A DNA stretch of 64,000 nucleotides, taken from Tricharina praecox (lineage: Eukaryota). Of the stretch, positions 21,829-34,628 are shown piece by piece. The notes under the pieces were generated by a model, which saw nothing but the letters and a program-made list of their open reading frames with translations, did not search any database and had not been told where the DNA came from. The first letter of the stretch is position 1, and each line of letters opens with the position of its first letter. The translations under genes were made by a program, and so were the position numbers. Location of the stretch: positions 1,364,001 to 1,428,000 of the forward strand of contig NW_026250407.1 of assembly GCF_024521635.1 (NCBI RefSeq), in the 5' to 3' direction.

Positions 21829-22334
21829 GGTGACCGAAACTGAAGCTTACTGCGAAGGTACAAAAATGAAAGGTAGGAGACAGTTTTACACGATGGTTAA
21901 CCGCTCATGTTGATGGGTCAAGAGGACTCTAGAGTCTTATGTTTGTTATGGGAACTATGGATTTCTTTCTTTGTTCGTCTTGGGGGATATGGACGTTGGA
22001 TTCGCGGCCTTTCATTTAAAATCATCCAGTAGCCCGTGCGCGAACGAGTGCTCACATGTGAGTATGTACATGGACTTCCATCAAAGGGGCGCCGCGTCGG
22101 ACTGGTCGGTACCGGGGTTTTTACCTCGACTGGCCAGGGCGGACAGGAAACGGAGGTCGTGGGTTCGCCATAGTCTAGATAGGCTGCATGCGAAATAAAA
22201 CAGGAAGATATCTCTCACTTCCATCAAAGACCATCAGTATAAAGTCGGTATAAAATGTACGATACGCCTATTGAAATGCCATATGTAACCTGAAGCGCAC
22301 AACTCCAAAAAACAAACGCAATGTACAGAGGTAT

Positions 22335-25300
22335 TTAAACGAAAAGCCTTCCCAAAAACTTCAAACTCTTCCCGTGCGCCCTCTCCCGCCACGGCAATCC
22401 CCTACCCTCAATAGACCAAACGTCAACATCAAGCTCCTTAACCACCCTCCCGAAAACATGCGTTCTGGCAGCCACACAAGTGAGCTCCTCAACCATTTTT
22501 ACAAACTCCTCTCTCGCTTGTTCCTCTGTCCCCATCTCCCCGGGATACTCCGGTAACGACACAGGCCGTCTTCCGCCAGAGGTACCCGGGTCATTGATTG
22601 ACCATGTGCCATTGCCCCCGGACACCCACCTTGCTGCTAGGTAGGCGCGAAGCGTATCCTTGGCATGTTTCCTCCCCGCCTCGAAGGCAGAGTGGGGGCG
22701 ATCACTCATAGCGAGGACATCCAGCGGCCTCTGCGCTTCATCGTCATGTCGACGCGTCACCATTTTCCTCGCGTACGCTGCAAAGCGGATTAAGAAGTCG
22801 CTGCAGTCCTTAACTGTAGCCCGAAGAGATTCGTCGGCGTCTTCATAGAACCATGAAACCAGTGGGAGCGCATGTGTGAGCGCTTTGAGGAGTAGAAATA
22901 ATGTCCCGATGATGTGCCGAGTTGAAAAAGCATCATTGGTCGTCATTGACTGGCTTGCGGCGCGGCGCATGGAGTCGAGAACTGTGGCGAACATCGATAT
23001 TACGGATTGTATGCTGCCGTAGCTGGTGGAATCTATGTTAACCTTGAGGTTTTGGATCACCTGGCAGAGGGCCCTTAGAACTGGCACACCGAGGATCCAG
23101 CCGGCCGGATGTTCCAACGCGGTTTCAATATATGCGGGGAATATAGCATGCAAAAAGTATGCCCGCATTGTTGGCTTCGCCGTATCACCCAGTTCAAAAT
23201 CTTCCGAAAGTGCTGTCGACAGCTGAGTAACAAGGTTGTTTTGTTCGTGGCCAAGTGCCGCCCTTTCTCCCAGTGTTTGAAAGAAAGCATTGAGCTGCTT
23301 TTGTGTGCCGGGAAAAGAAAGCCCGAACACATATTTCTTCAACTGGCCAACGACGTAATTCGGATCCATAGCCGGCAGAGGGAACGCAGTGGAGTCGGTG
23401 AAGAACCTGTCGATCTCGACGATATCGGGAGCATATTGTAACAGGAGTTCGACTACTTTGTGAACGAAATCGACGTATTTCCCTGCCACTGTAGATGATT
23501 GAAGCGCCTGTCTTTGTCAATAAGAGTTCGATGCCGCTATGATGTAAATAACGTACCTCGAAGTTATCCCTCATTGCCTTCATCATTGCTCGCAACATCT
23601 CTGCATATTCCTGCTTCAGGGCTGTGGCTGCCCGACCAGAGGCTGCCTTGTAAGTTTCTCGCATATGTTCAAGAACACCTATTAAAGTCAGAGACATCCT
23701 CATCCGTCAGGCAGAGATGATAACCCACTTGATATCAGTGCCAGCCGGCGTGATCGAAATTCGGTTGGAGATATCTTGAACAACCCAGTAGTTGAGTCCT
23801 TTTCAAAGGGAGGATTCGACAGCAGAGGGTTTTCGGAGTCACAGTCCAGCAAAGTAGCAGTGAACTCATTCTGGAATTTCAACATTGATTCCCGCTCGAC
23901 TAACGACCGCATCCAGGAGCTAAGGATGCTGGACTTGTTGCTGTGATATATGTCGCTCTCCGAGCGTATGATCTTCGGTAGGAAATAAGCAGTGAATTTC
24001 CGCGTCTGTGCTGTATCGCGCAGCGAAGACCATGATTCGCGACTGTACTCCAAGTAGCCATCCCAGGTCTTAAGGCCATACTGTACCAAGAAACCTGCGG
24101 TGAGAGCCCATGTATCCACGATCTTCATGAGTAGAGTCTCCTCGGGCTGAATGTCTGCACCAAAGCAATTCGAAAGCATGCGGTGAAGGGGATCGTATGC
24201 AACGGTCAAGAAGTGCTACAATCATTAGCATGAGTACAGTAGATGGGATTCTGTAGACGAATCTCACCTCGGCTGCTTGCTTTGTTTCATCTTGCAAGAC
24301 AACTTCTTCGAAACCTGACCAATCCCCATAATCTTGACTGTCCTCGTCGCCACTCGCCACCACTGTCACGGGAGCATGCGATGACTCGGCTTTATCTGTA
24401 GGTTTACACGTCTTCAAGAAATGCTGCAAGAGGCCCAAAACCTCGAGTAACAACCTATTCGATAGACGAGTGTAGGAGTTGAGGATACTGGCAGTTGCCG
24501 CTAGAAGATATTAGTTTTCGGTTAAAAGAGACGGTGTAGCACGACATACCTGAAGTCAAGAGAGCCACTGCACCAGGGATATTTCCAGGAATGGTAGCCA
24601 GTTCGATACAAAGTGACTTGACTAAATCATTGAGGATTTCCTCCAGTTGCTTTTGATTTCGCCTGATATTCTCTTCCATATCTTCTTCTGATAGGTTACT
24701 ATCCTGATTTTCTCGCGCAACTCGGAACTGCCTCTCTGCCTCGCTTCTAACGAGCTGATGCTGTCCAAGCGTTTTGATCGTGAGGTCATCAAACCACTCC
24801 ATTAGTTGTTTCAAAGGCTTAAGGCTCTCTTCGCTATGGAGTTGAAACCTTATGAGATTCGTCCATGCCCTGACCGCCACGTTGCATGCTTGTCTATGAG
24901 ATGTCTCTGGATCCACAAGCAATCGAATGGCATCAAGCGGCGGTCTGCAATCCGGGGGTGCTGCCCAATGGAGCGCTTCCAGAAGATAATGGTGATTCTT
25001 GAGTGCATCCAGGTGCTCCAAATGCAAGGCCTCGTCTTTCGGATATTGTCTTCGGTGATTCGGCATGAGGCGGTACACCAAACCATTGATTTTCCGAGAA
25101 GTCGAAGTGGTTCTCATCCTCTGTAACCCAACTACTATCGTCTTCAGTAGTAAGTGGAAGCAGCAGTCAGAATCGTTCACTGTGATGGTAGGATTCTTGT
25201 CCAGGTTGAGCAAGAAATCGGGAGATCCCTTGTCCTGCTCGTTAGAGAGATTTGCAAGACCATTGCTAGCGAAAAACTCGAAGAGCACCGGAATGATAGA

Positions 25301-28300
25301 ATCGGGATTGATCCAACTCCACTTGGTGATCAAATGATAACACCGAGCGTAGATCACCCGGAGGTAATCGTTGATCATCGTAGAATGGCCTGCTTTGTTG
25401 GAATCATATATCCTCAACGGCCGACCCGCAAGAACCTTTACCAACGCCCAGTTGTCTTTGCCAGGATGGTGATCATCGATACGCCGACTAACTCCAAACT
25501 CGTCGAACTGGTGAAGGGGCAGCAGAGTGAACAAACTTCGCCAGAGTCGTTCGAAGTATCTAACGTCGACTGAGCTCTCGACTCTTTGCATATGCAATTC
25601 TTCATTCAAAATGTTCCAGAACGATATGCCCGCGACGCTGACATTGTCCAGAATATGAATTACCAGTACCCACAGCTCAACGATATAGTGATCGCTCGTG
25701 ATGCCTCGCTCGAACTGGATTCGTCGCCGCTGGTCCTCATAGCACGCCCGAATGCGATCAATCCCGCATCGAAGCAATCTGCTCAATAACTCTCGTCCAA
25801 TCTTCCGAAGAGTGTTGGCTAGCTCCAACTGCTCTTGCGTGTCCACGTCGTGTGAAAAGAGCCGAAAGATCTGGAATGCAATCACAAGGAGGAATGTATT
25901 GGCCTGGAGAACTAGTCGCGTATGGTCATGAGAACTCGCAGTCGTATCGGATGGACCCGAGACTGGCAATGAAAGTCTGGAACAGCAATTTTTGATGGAT
26001 TGTAGGAAGCGTTGAGCGAATGACACTGCATCGAGTGGATCATGGAAGGACAACGTTTTGTTGATGTACTTGACGACGTAGCAGTAAAATTCGTATGCTT
26101 GAGGCATAGACATTACGCCTGCTTCAGTCTCAACCATCACGTCGGCATCGGACCTACCCAATTGCTTCTCAGCAGCATCGCCGATCATTCCAAGCACCTT
26201 CTCGAATTCCGTTGCGACTGTATCATCGTAAATGCCCCAGTAAAGTGTCGTATCTCCAAAAAAGCAGCATTCTCGTTCACGAGGAGCGGATGTCCGAGGG
26301 CATTGTGTGTGCAGCGCCAGCGTCAAACACCCTTTCCCAATGAAGGTTGACGAATTAAATATTGTTCCATCCTTCAGAGATGCAGTATCGAAATTCAACG
26401 AATATTTCGAACCAAAAGGCAGCAGACCAGAGAGGCAATCTTTTACAACCTGGTCCTCAACAATCATTGGTTCAAACAGATCACCGTCATCCACAATCAG
26501 GTCTTGCGACGGCGGCTGTCGACGCTCAATGGTATCTGCATCGATCCGTCGAGGGGTGATCTTCTTGCGCCGTGGTGCTGGTCTGCGAGGAGCTGGACTT
26601 GGTTGAGCCGTGGGCGCGGAGGATGGCGGCGGGGTCTGTAGTGCCAGGGCATTTGCCTTCGCAAGCGACTGGCCGGCCTTGCGGACACTAGATGCCTGTA
26701 AGTCACGAGACGCCCGTTGTTGGGTCCGTTGCTGATGGATGTTCTGGATAACATTCTCAATTGCCAGCGATGTAGGGTGTTGTCTAGACGGTTGCCGTGT
26801 TGAAGGTACATCCCGCTCAAACTGAGCAAACTGCGGTGCGAACGCCGGGCGATGAGTGACATAGCCTTTTTGTGAAGAAACAACTGCAAGAGGTCGCACT
26901 GATCGAGGCTTGTTTGGTTGTGCCCGTCCTGACTGCGGCTGCTTTTGGAAATCGTGATGAAGAAGAGATGTTTGTCGGGGTTTGGCTGCGCGAGAAAATG
27001 TCGGAACCCGACGTTTGGGTTTCGGCTGTTGTTCGTCTTCAAACCTCGGAGGAGAGGCAAGTCTCCCTTGAGTAGGAAGTGGTGGACTGTCATGCCGAGG
27101 CGGTGGATCGCGCCTTCCGAAAGGCAATGTGCCTTCCCACCAGTTCCTCAGGACAGCTTGGACTTCCCTCGTATCTTCCGCGGTATCCAAAACGAAGAGC
27201 TTTCTCGCTGGACTCTGTCTCCCCTTGTCCTTCCGAGCGAGGGCGCTTCTCGCAGCCACTTTGAGAAACCTTGGTGTCGATCCATTCCCGGATTGTCGGA
27301 GGTGAGCGGCAGCGTCAACAACACTGAGTTTAGGTCCAGATGGGTTTCTTGGGTTCCGCTTTCTTAGGGCCGTAGAACCTTGACGTCTCGGACCTTGGCC
27401 AGTAGCGGTTCGACCATGTCCGGTGGTGCCTGCTTTGCGTCTCGACTTGGTAGCAGTCGCTTCGCGTCTCCTTGCGGGCAAGCCATAATCTATCCGATTA
27501 TCCTCAGGAATATCGCCGTCGTCGTCAATAAGAACGATCTGCCTTTGATGACCCGATGAAGTCGGCTGTTTGGCTTGCCGCTTCTTCACAGGCCCAGATG
27601 CAAACAGTACCATATCGTCACTGGAATCGCTGCCGCCGGCATCGTCCAGAAACGAATCCTGTATTGGCTCCCGAGGTCTACTGGATATTTTCGCTCTTGC
27701 AATACCAGGACGCCGTTCATCTGGCGGTAGAGAAATCACTGTTTTCTCGGGCCTTCGAGATTCGGGCTTCGATCCTTCGGTGAACCTAATATAAGAGGCC
27801 GGTAGGACCCCACGCGTCCCTCGTTTCTTGAACCATTTCACCGTCTTCCCACCGCCCCCCTTCTCCTGGCTAGAGTCCTCAGCAGCTAAATCACTCTCCG
27901 AGCCGCCAGTGTTCTGACTGCCAAGTGAGTCTCTGCGACGCCGAGAAGATTCATTGGAGGATATCGAAATGGCTCGGCTCCTGGGATTCCCCACAGCTGC
28001 CGGGGGCTTCGGTGTTGCATCCAGGTCTGAATCTGAAGAAAAATCATAGCGAAGCAACGCGGCCATCTCGTCCTTGGTCATTCTCGGTTCTGATATTACA
28101 GCGGGTGATGGAAGCGCAGTATTTGAGGTACGCCGTCGCAGTGGCGGTCTACTTGGTGGGGACGGGGAATCACGGAAATTGGGGAGATCATATATTTCAG
28201 CTTCCGAAGTTCGTGTGAGCGACGGGCGGCCCTGATTTGTCCTTGACGGGCCTGAGGCCGAGGAATTCAAATTAGAGGGCTTCCGTCCATACGTATGTTG

Positions 28301-29581
28301 AATTTTACGCCTCTTAGAGCCATCCTTGGAAACCTGCCTGATATGTTGAGGTTCTGGGCGGCGTACAGCATCTGCAAACTCATTTCGTACTCCACCATCG
28401 ACCGAAGACCCTTTTGTACGTGGTTCCTTCGGAGGGCGGGCCTCTGGCGATGGAGGTGCAACATATTCCGTGTCTTGCGAATCCTTGTCCCCCCCAGTAG
28501 TCCCCCGCGGCGATTCTTCCTGTCGTATCCGAATCGGCTGTACCCCCTTTGCTTTCATCTGCTGCTTGTATCTGGCATCTTCCAGTATGTATGGATGTAC
28601 CTGGATCGGCTTCCTCTGGCGTAAACTCCGCTGGAAAAACGGTGACGTCTCTTCTATCGCGGGCGCCGTAGAGAGGATCGGAGAGCTTGGTAACAGCGTC
28701 CCATTGTTTACGACCACCTGGAAGCCATTTATCGGTGGAGGAGGACCCAACCGGGATGCTGGGTGTATAGATGAAGGTGGAGTAACGGTTCGGATGGGTG
28801 ATGGAGGAACCGACGACAGAGGGGAGGATGTAGCCGACGATGGTTCTACCGGAGTGGCGTGAGGGATCTGGGGAGGAGTAGTATGTCGGGCTACATGCGA
28901 AGGCTTGGGCACTCGTGGAGGAGTACTTTGAGATCGCAGTTGCGGTTCACCGGTAATAGGGTCCGGAGAGCTGAACCGGTTGCTGTCGTCAGCCGTTCGG
29001 TTCGGAGTTCGAGTTCGAGTTCGTTGACCAACATTGAAATTCTATCACAATTAATTCCACACCTAGGAGGCCTACGCAGGCTGCACGCATACCTGTAACC
29101 CCGCAACTCTACCGTCGCCGTCTTCATCGATCCGTTGATTTGTAGCCGCATTATCCGTATGTGTAACTGCAGGATTTTCTGTAGGAATCCCCTGGGCGGC
29201 ACCACTGGGCTTTTCGGCAACCAACATGACCTCGTCCATATCCATTGATTCATCATCCGGGACATAACCCCTCTTCTCCTCCCCGCGCTTGGCAAGCCCA
29301 ATGGGTCGGTCCGTCCCAACATCCTTCTCCTGTGCAACACCAGGGTCCACAATCTCATCGTCCGGCACTGGTAAGGCTGGCAGAGCATCCGAGGTCGGTT
29401 TTCCGTCGAGTTTCTGTATGTCGCCACATTCGCGCAGAACTTCGGGTCGTCCGGGTTCGGGTGACGCGACGGGATTTTCTTGCTGCGTAGGCAATCGCAC
29501 TTCTTCCTGCGTCTCCAATTCTTCTTCCGAGTCCTCTCCGTCCGAAGCAGGAACGTAACCGCGTTCTTTCCAGGTCGTCAT
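22335..29581 (-). CDS. MMS22: Mus7/MMS22-family DNA repair protein; six exons (introns at approx. 29042-29092, 24502-24550, 24218-24267, 23681-23728, 23509-23556)
   Basis: N-terminus MTTWKERGYVPASDGE, RSLRQRKPIQVHPYILE, GVLPASY, a helical domain with DCCFHLLLK..RLMPNHRRQYPKDE..LDALKNHH, and C-terminal YVDFVHKVVELL..EIDRFF..FPLPAMDPNYVV. I traced the splice junctions in phase. Confidence 0.88.
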
Positions 29582-29662
29582 TCCACAACGTCGTGGGGGA
29601 TGTTCGGTGTTCGGCTATTGGACGTTGAAGGACGGAGAGAAAGTGCAGAACAGACCAGGAAG

Positions 29663-29698
29663 ACGCGACGCGCGCTAGAACGCGTGTGAGCCCGCGAA
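29663..29698. promoter_or_regulatory. Cluster of MCB/SCB-like cell-cycle boxes (ACGCGA, ACGCGC, ACGCGT, CGCGAA) upstream of MMS22
   Basis: Four CGCG-core sites within 36 bp, 80-120 bp upstream of the ATG of a replication-repair gene. Confidence 0.6.
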
Positions 29699-31359
29699 CC
29701 CTAGCAGATTTCGAATTACTCACCATAGCAATCTAAAATACTCACAACTGTGTTTTTCAACTCAAAAACAAGGTTAAACTTCGACGTTGTGGGTCTACTA
29801 GGCCTCACTCTAATATTCATACATTTTGAAGAGGCTTGTGATGAATAATGGACTCAATTGATCTCGTCTCGAGTAGTCGGACATGCAGGTGATAAATTCA
29901 TCTGTATGTGTTGCAGAAAATGAACTCACTGTCTCGATTGATCTGACTGCAGCTGTACTGGTAGTGGTGGCTACCATCGCGGTCGCCGTGGCCTCGCACG
30001 TCTAGATAGTACTCGTCACCGAATCAATTTTTCTCATATTCAAAACAAGTAACGTTTGCTACAGTAAGATATATGTATCCATTACTGCCAAACGGGTGCA
30101 TCTCCCGATACGCCTAGATACATATTCAGGTACATCGCCCACACTCCCCCATCACTCGGCGTCTAGCCGTCTAGTGAAGCGGATCCCAAGAGCCGAGTCT
30201 CGCCCCGGACTACTCCAGCTTGATCCATTCAGAGGGGCTCTGGCCATTCTCTTGCTGGGATATACATCTCCAGTGGAAGGCACAGAGCATGGGTGCTCCG
30301 GTTCGGTTCCAGTTTTATCACTGAGAAAGCCGCACAAATGCGAGCTCAGACATTCGATCAAGAGTGCTATGTATGTGATATAAATGGACAGTAGTGGTCG
30401 CCGGTTCTGTAAATTATAGTAACTAGAGTTCCGTGCTTTTCCCCCTTCCTTTCCTTTCTTTAAAGTTTCTTCCGAAATCGCATGTAGCCTATCCACCTAG
30501 ACCATAGTGATGTTCACAGCATCTTCTGCTGACCGGGTCAATTCTTTTCTTGTTTTGTTTACTCATAATTGCATTCGACCTGAATACCTAGATCGTGGCG
30601 AACACGTACACCGTTGACCGAGCCAGTTCGTTGCAAGTTCCGTCCTCGGCAGGAAATATCGGACCGAACGAGTGAAAACCAGTGATCAGGCCGTGCGCAA
30701 GCCCCAAATCCCCGCGGATCCGGCCGGCCGGCACAGTGGCAGCCGAAGCGTGGAGTGTGGGGCGGAAACGCGCCCCGCCACCTGATCGCGCCAGGCCGCT
30801 TACAGCCAGCTCCGTCCGAGATCTGTCGTCATACCGGCACCGTTACACGGGCGCATCTGCAGGGTCCAGGACTTCGGAACTCCGCCCTGGCGTCACCGTC
30901 ACCGATCTTGGGATTGGGCATGTGATAGCTACTAGTATTGGGCGCTTTCACATGCTGTCAGACAGACATTCACGAACAATGCCCTCCACCCCCCACACAT
31001 GCCACCTACACGCATCACGAGCATCACAAGCCCTTGTAAATGCGGGATAGTGAGATTGGAGGAGTTGGGCTACCTATATGAAGTGAATGATCCCTTCCTA
31101 CCCTACATGTACCGCGCCTGGTACTCTCTACCTGGCCAATGCCCCACGTCGGCCGTACTGTACTTGTCAGATTTCGCCCGAACAAATATGATACTACCGC
31201 TGGTAATATAGCGCTTTACCGCCAATTCTAACCTCTTGTTTCCCCTATTCTCTTCCACCCTCCAAACCATAGACACTCGCGGTCCATCTCACAGAAACGG
31301 ACTTCTCCTGCTCTCTCTCTTGGCTATCCTGCCGACCCCCACTAGAATTATAATCCATC

Positions 31360-33448
31360 ATGATCGGCAAGCCACCACTCCCGCCTCACAGGTGCCATAC
31401 TAATAAGTCACAGACCACGTCCTGGGGCGTCCCTCCCTCCAATTCCGCAAATACCAAGTCCTCGCCGTCCTGCTATTCTGGTCACTCTACCTGCTCCGCG
31501 GCAACCCCCACGGGCCGCCCATACTATTGCTCCGACACCTCTCTAAAATCATGTCCAAGCGCCTAACACCGTTCCAAACCGTCACACTCACGTTGCTGTA
31601 CCTCTATGTCACGCGGAATTTTGCCAAGTTGCTCAACTTGGAGAGTCCGGAGCCGTTGGCGAATCTGTACACGAGGAGCTACTTCCGAGCTACGTGGGTG
31701 ATGACGGCGCTGGATGCCGGCTTTTGGACGGCCATGAGGATTCGCCGGAAGTGGTTGAGGGATGCCTGCTCCATGGTGTTTAGTGTGTATTACTTGTTTG
31801 CCGCCGAGAGGGCGGATGAGAAGGTGTGTTTTTGTGCGCCAGGAGGCGGAGAGATGGGAGAGGTAATACTAATGGCGGACAGGTGCGCCGAGTCAGAGCA
31901 ACGATAACAGTCGACCACCTCCGCGTCTCCTGGGAGAAACCGATGACGCCATATCTGCGCTTTCTCAGCAATTTGCTGCACCCACCACACAATAAGTTCG
32001 CCCCTCGTCCCCTGCGCATTCCCCGCCCAAAGGAGTCCGTCTATTCGGTCCCGGTGGACGCATGGCTTTACTACGAAGGAACACGGGAACAGCTTCGTTC
32101 CTGCAAAAAAGTAATCCTAGACTTCCCCGGTGGCGGGTTCGTAGCTATGTCGCCTCGCCATCACGACGACAAGCTGCTCACATGGGCCCGGCTGTGTCCG
32201 GGTGTGCCGGTGATCTCCATCGATTACAAGAAGGCACCCGAGTACCCGTATCCGTACGCGCTCAATGAATGCTACGACGCCTACCACTCCATCATCACCA
32301 CGCGTGGACGGTGCGTCGGGCTGAGCGGGGACGTAATTCCCAAGATCGCGTTGACTGGTGACTCCGCTGGCGGGAACTTCACAGCTGCGACCGTACTGAT
32401 GATCCTCAACGCCGCGTCAACGTCGAGTACTGGCTACCTGATGGAGGCAGGGTGGAAGGGGCTCCCGCTGCCCGAGGGCGTGATCCTGATCTATCCCAGC
32501 CTGGACCTCAACATGTCCTCGTGGATGTCCGACGAGCAATTGAAGCTAATCCGGCAGCGGAGCACCATGGACACGAACCGGAACGTCGTCCGCAAAAAAA
32601 GCGAGTACTACGAGAAAGCGTCCGGGACGTCGCGGCACCCGTCCCCGCACCCCTCCCCGCCCTCGCTGCAGACAGCAGCAGCAGCAACAGCAGCAGAGTA
32701 CTCAACGCGCCTCGCAATGACCAGCCGCCTCTCGTACTTCAACGACCGTATCCTGACGCCGGAGATGATGCGCGCAATGGTGATCCTATATATCGGCCCG
32801 CACCGCCCGGACTTTCAAACGGACTTCTTCCTATCTCCCATCGTCGCGCCAGAATCACTACTCGCGCGCTTCCCACCAGTCTACTTCCTGACGGGCGAGC
32901 GCGACCCGCTCGTCGACGACACGCTGATCTTCGCAGGGCGCATCCGCGCCGCAAAGCAAGCTGCACGGCAGCACCGCCGCAACCTCGGCCTGAAGCCGAC
33001 GGCACAAACCGAGCGCGGCGACGCCGTCGAGGTCTCGCTGATCCAGGGCATCTCCCATGGCTTCTTGCAGATGGCCGCGCTGTTCCCGCAGGCGAGAAGG
33101 GAGCTGAGGAAGTGCGCCGTCTGGCTGAATCGTATACTTGAGGACGTTCCCGGCGAGGAGGCGAAGCTCGACGTCGAGTCCGATGAGGAGCATCCGGGCC
33201 TCGCAGGGTATATTACGACGTACACGTCCGATGAGGATCGCCCGTTGGAGATTGGTGGGGGATTGGGCGGCGTGAAGGTCGAGGGGAAGGGCAGGGGCAG
33301 GAATAGGAATAAGAGGCTGCCTAGGGGACGCGGTAAGAGGAGGGGGAGTGTCGTCAGCCTGGGCAGTGAGGATGATCTGATGGGCAGGAGAATGCAGGGG
33401 CTCACGAATGGGCTGGCAGGTGAGCCGGCTGTGGACGGTGACCTGTAG
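31360..33448 (+). CDS. Hormone-sensitive-lipase-family alpha/beta hydrolase (Abhydrolase_3) with N-terminal hydrophobic segments; exons 31360-31366, 31414-31823, 31883-33448
   Basis: Spliced N-terminus MIDHVLGRPS (needs a GC-AG first intron), DFPGGGF oxyanion motif, IDYKKAPEYPYP, GDSAGG nucleophile, GERDPLVDD and ISHGF. Confidence 0.88.
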
Positions 33449-34150
33449 TATTGTTGGAAAGGTGAGGCTGGAGGTTGCTTTATAGGTAGATAGGTTTTGC
33501 GTTTTGAGCTTTGCGTTTTGCTTGGGCGTGGGGGTTTTGATGGTTCGGTTTCAGCGCAAATATTGGGGTCTTCGCTAGATGTTACAACCACGATGGGAAT
33601 GGTGAGATGTAGGATAATTTTCCACTACTCTAGATGTGGAGTGACGATGACTGGTGCCCGTGTACCTACCAAGTACCTACTGTGATTCCGGCTTCATCAC
33701 TTGCCAGAGGAGAGCGAAGCTTCATCTGGTTCATCCGGTTCAGTTGCACAATCGCCCCTCAGAGAATACCCAAATCAGAGAAACGCCGAAGCAAAGCATC
33801 ATGTACATACGACTTGCATGCAGCATTTCTTACGTACCCTCCCCGGAAAAATAGTGTGTAGAGTACCTACACGAAGGAAAGTCGGATCACAAGCACATGC
33901 ACATGCACAAGTGCACCAACCGCGGAAAAAAATTCTTCCGGCGCCGCACCCACCGCAGTATGTAACCCCACCACCGCCTACATACCGCCGCCAAGTCTCG
34001 CGTCCGCATCTCTCCTCCACCACAACCACGACCACGACCACCACCCTCGCCCCTCCCCCGGCCACCACGATCCACCCTCGCCTCCCGCAATTACTAACTG
34101 CTACCGCACCCTCACACACCCTCTAAACCCACCGAAGACGAACAACCACA

Positions 34151-34496
34151 ATGCGCGGCGCCGCCTTCCCCGTCGGCCTAGCGATACTCTTCGGCGTGAT
34201 GAACGGCGTGTACATCTTTAAGCCGATGCTGATCGAGGCGCGGTTGGCGCGGTTGCAGGAAGCGTAAGCCGCCTCGTCCCCCGCTTCCCTTCTGACCCTT
34301 CTGTGGTATGGGATGGTCGGGGGTGTACTGGGAGATCTGGGGGTGGGGTAGTGGGCTAAGGTGGTCACGCAGGGGCGAGGATGTTAATGCCATTGGCACC
34401 GAGAAACGGAAGGAGGAGGAGGTCAAGCTACATAACGCAAAGGCGCGGATCGAGGCTGCTGAGGGACGGGGGAAGGAGGAGGAGAAGAAGGCGTAG
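34151..34496 (+). CDS. PIGBOS1-like single-pass membrane microprotein, 78 aa; exons 34151-34263, 34373-34496
   Basis: Good start context (CACA ATG) and a GTAAGC..GCTAAG..CAG intron. Product: MRGAAFPVGLAILFGVMNGVYIFKPMLIEARLARLQEAGEDVNAIGTEKRKEEEVKLHNAKARIEAAEGRGKEEEKKA. Confidence 0.75.
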
Positions 34497-34628
34497 TGTG
34501 GGGAGAGGGTGTACGGGAGGTTTTGTTAACAGCGCTTTCGCTTCAATTCTAGTAGTTCAGATATTAAACCCCCCACTGGTACGTACACATGTATTCCCAA
34601 CATATGGAGAGGAGACGGCAGCTCTATG

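Noticed and set aside
30152..30570. Minus-strand frame interrupted by TAG (..VNITMV*VDRLHAISEE..) as a candidate A-to-I stop-correction gene
   Set aside because: No recognisable domain on either side and no coherent gene model, so it cannot be distinguished from random or decayed sequence.
30644..30649. CCTCGG FarA/Ctf1-type site upstream of the lipase gene
   Set aside because: A single hexamer ~710 bp upstream in GC-rich DNA is expected by chance.
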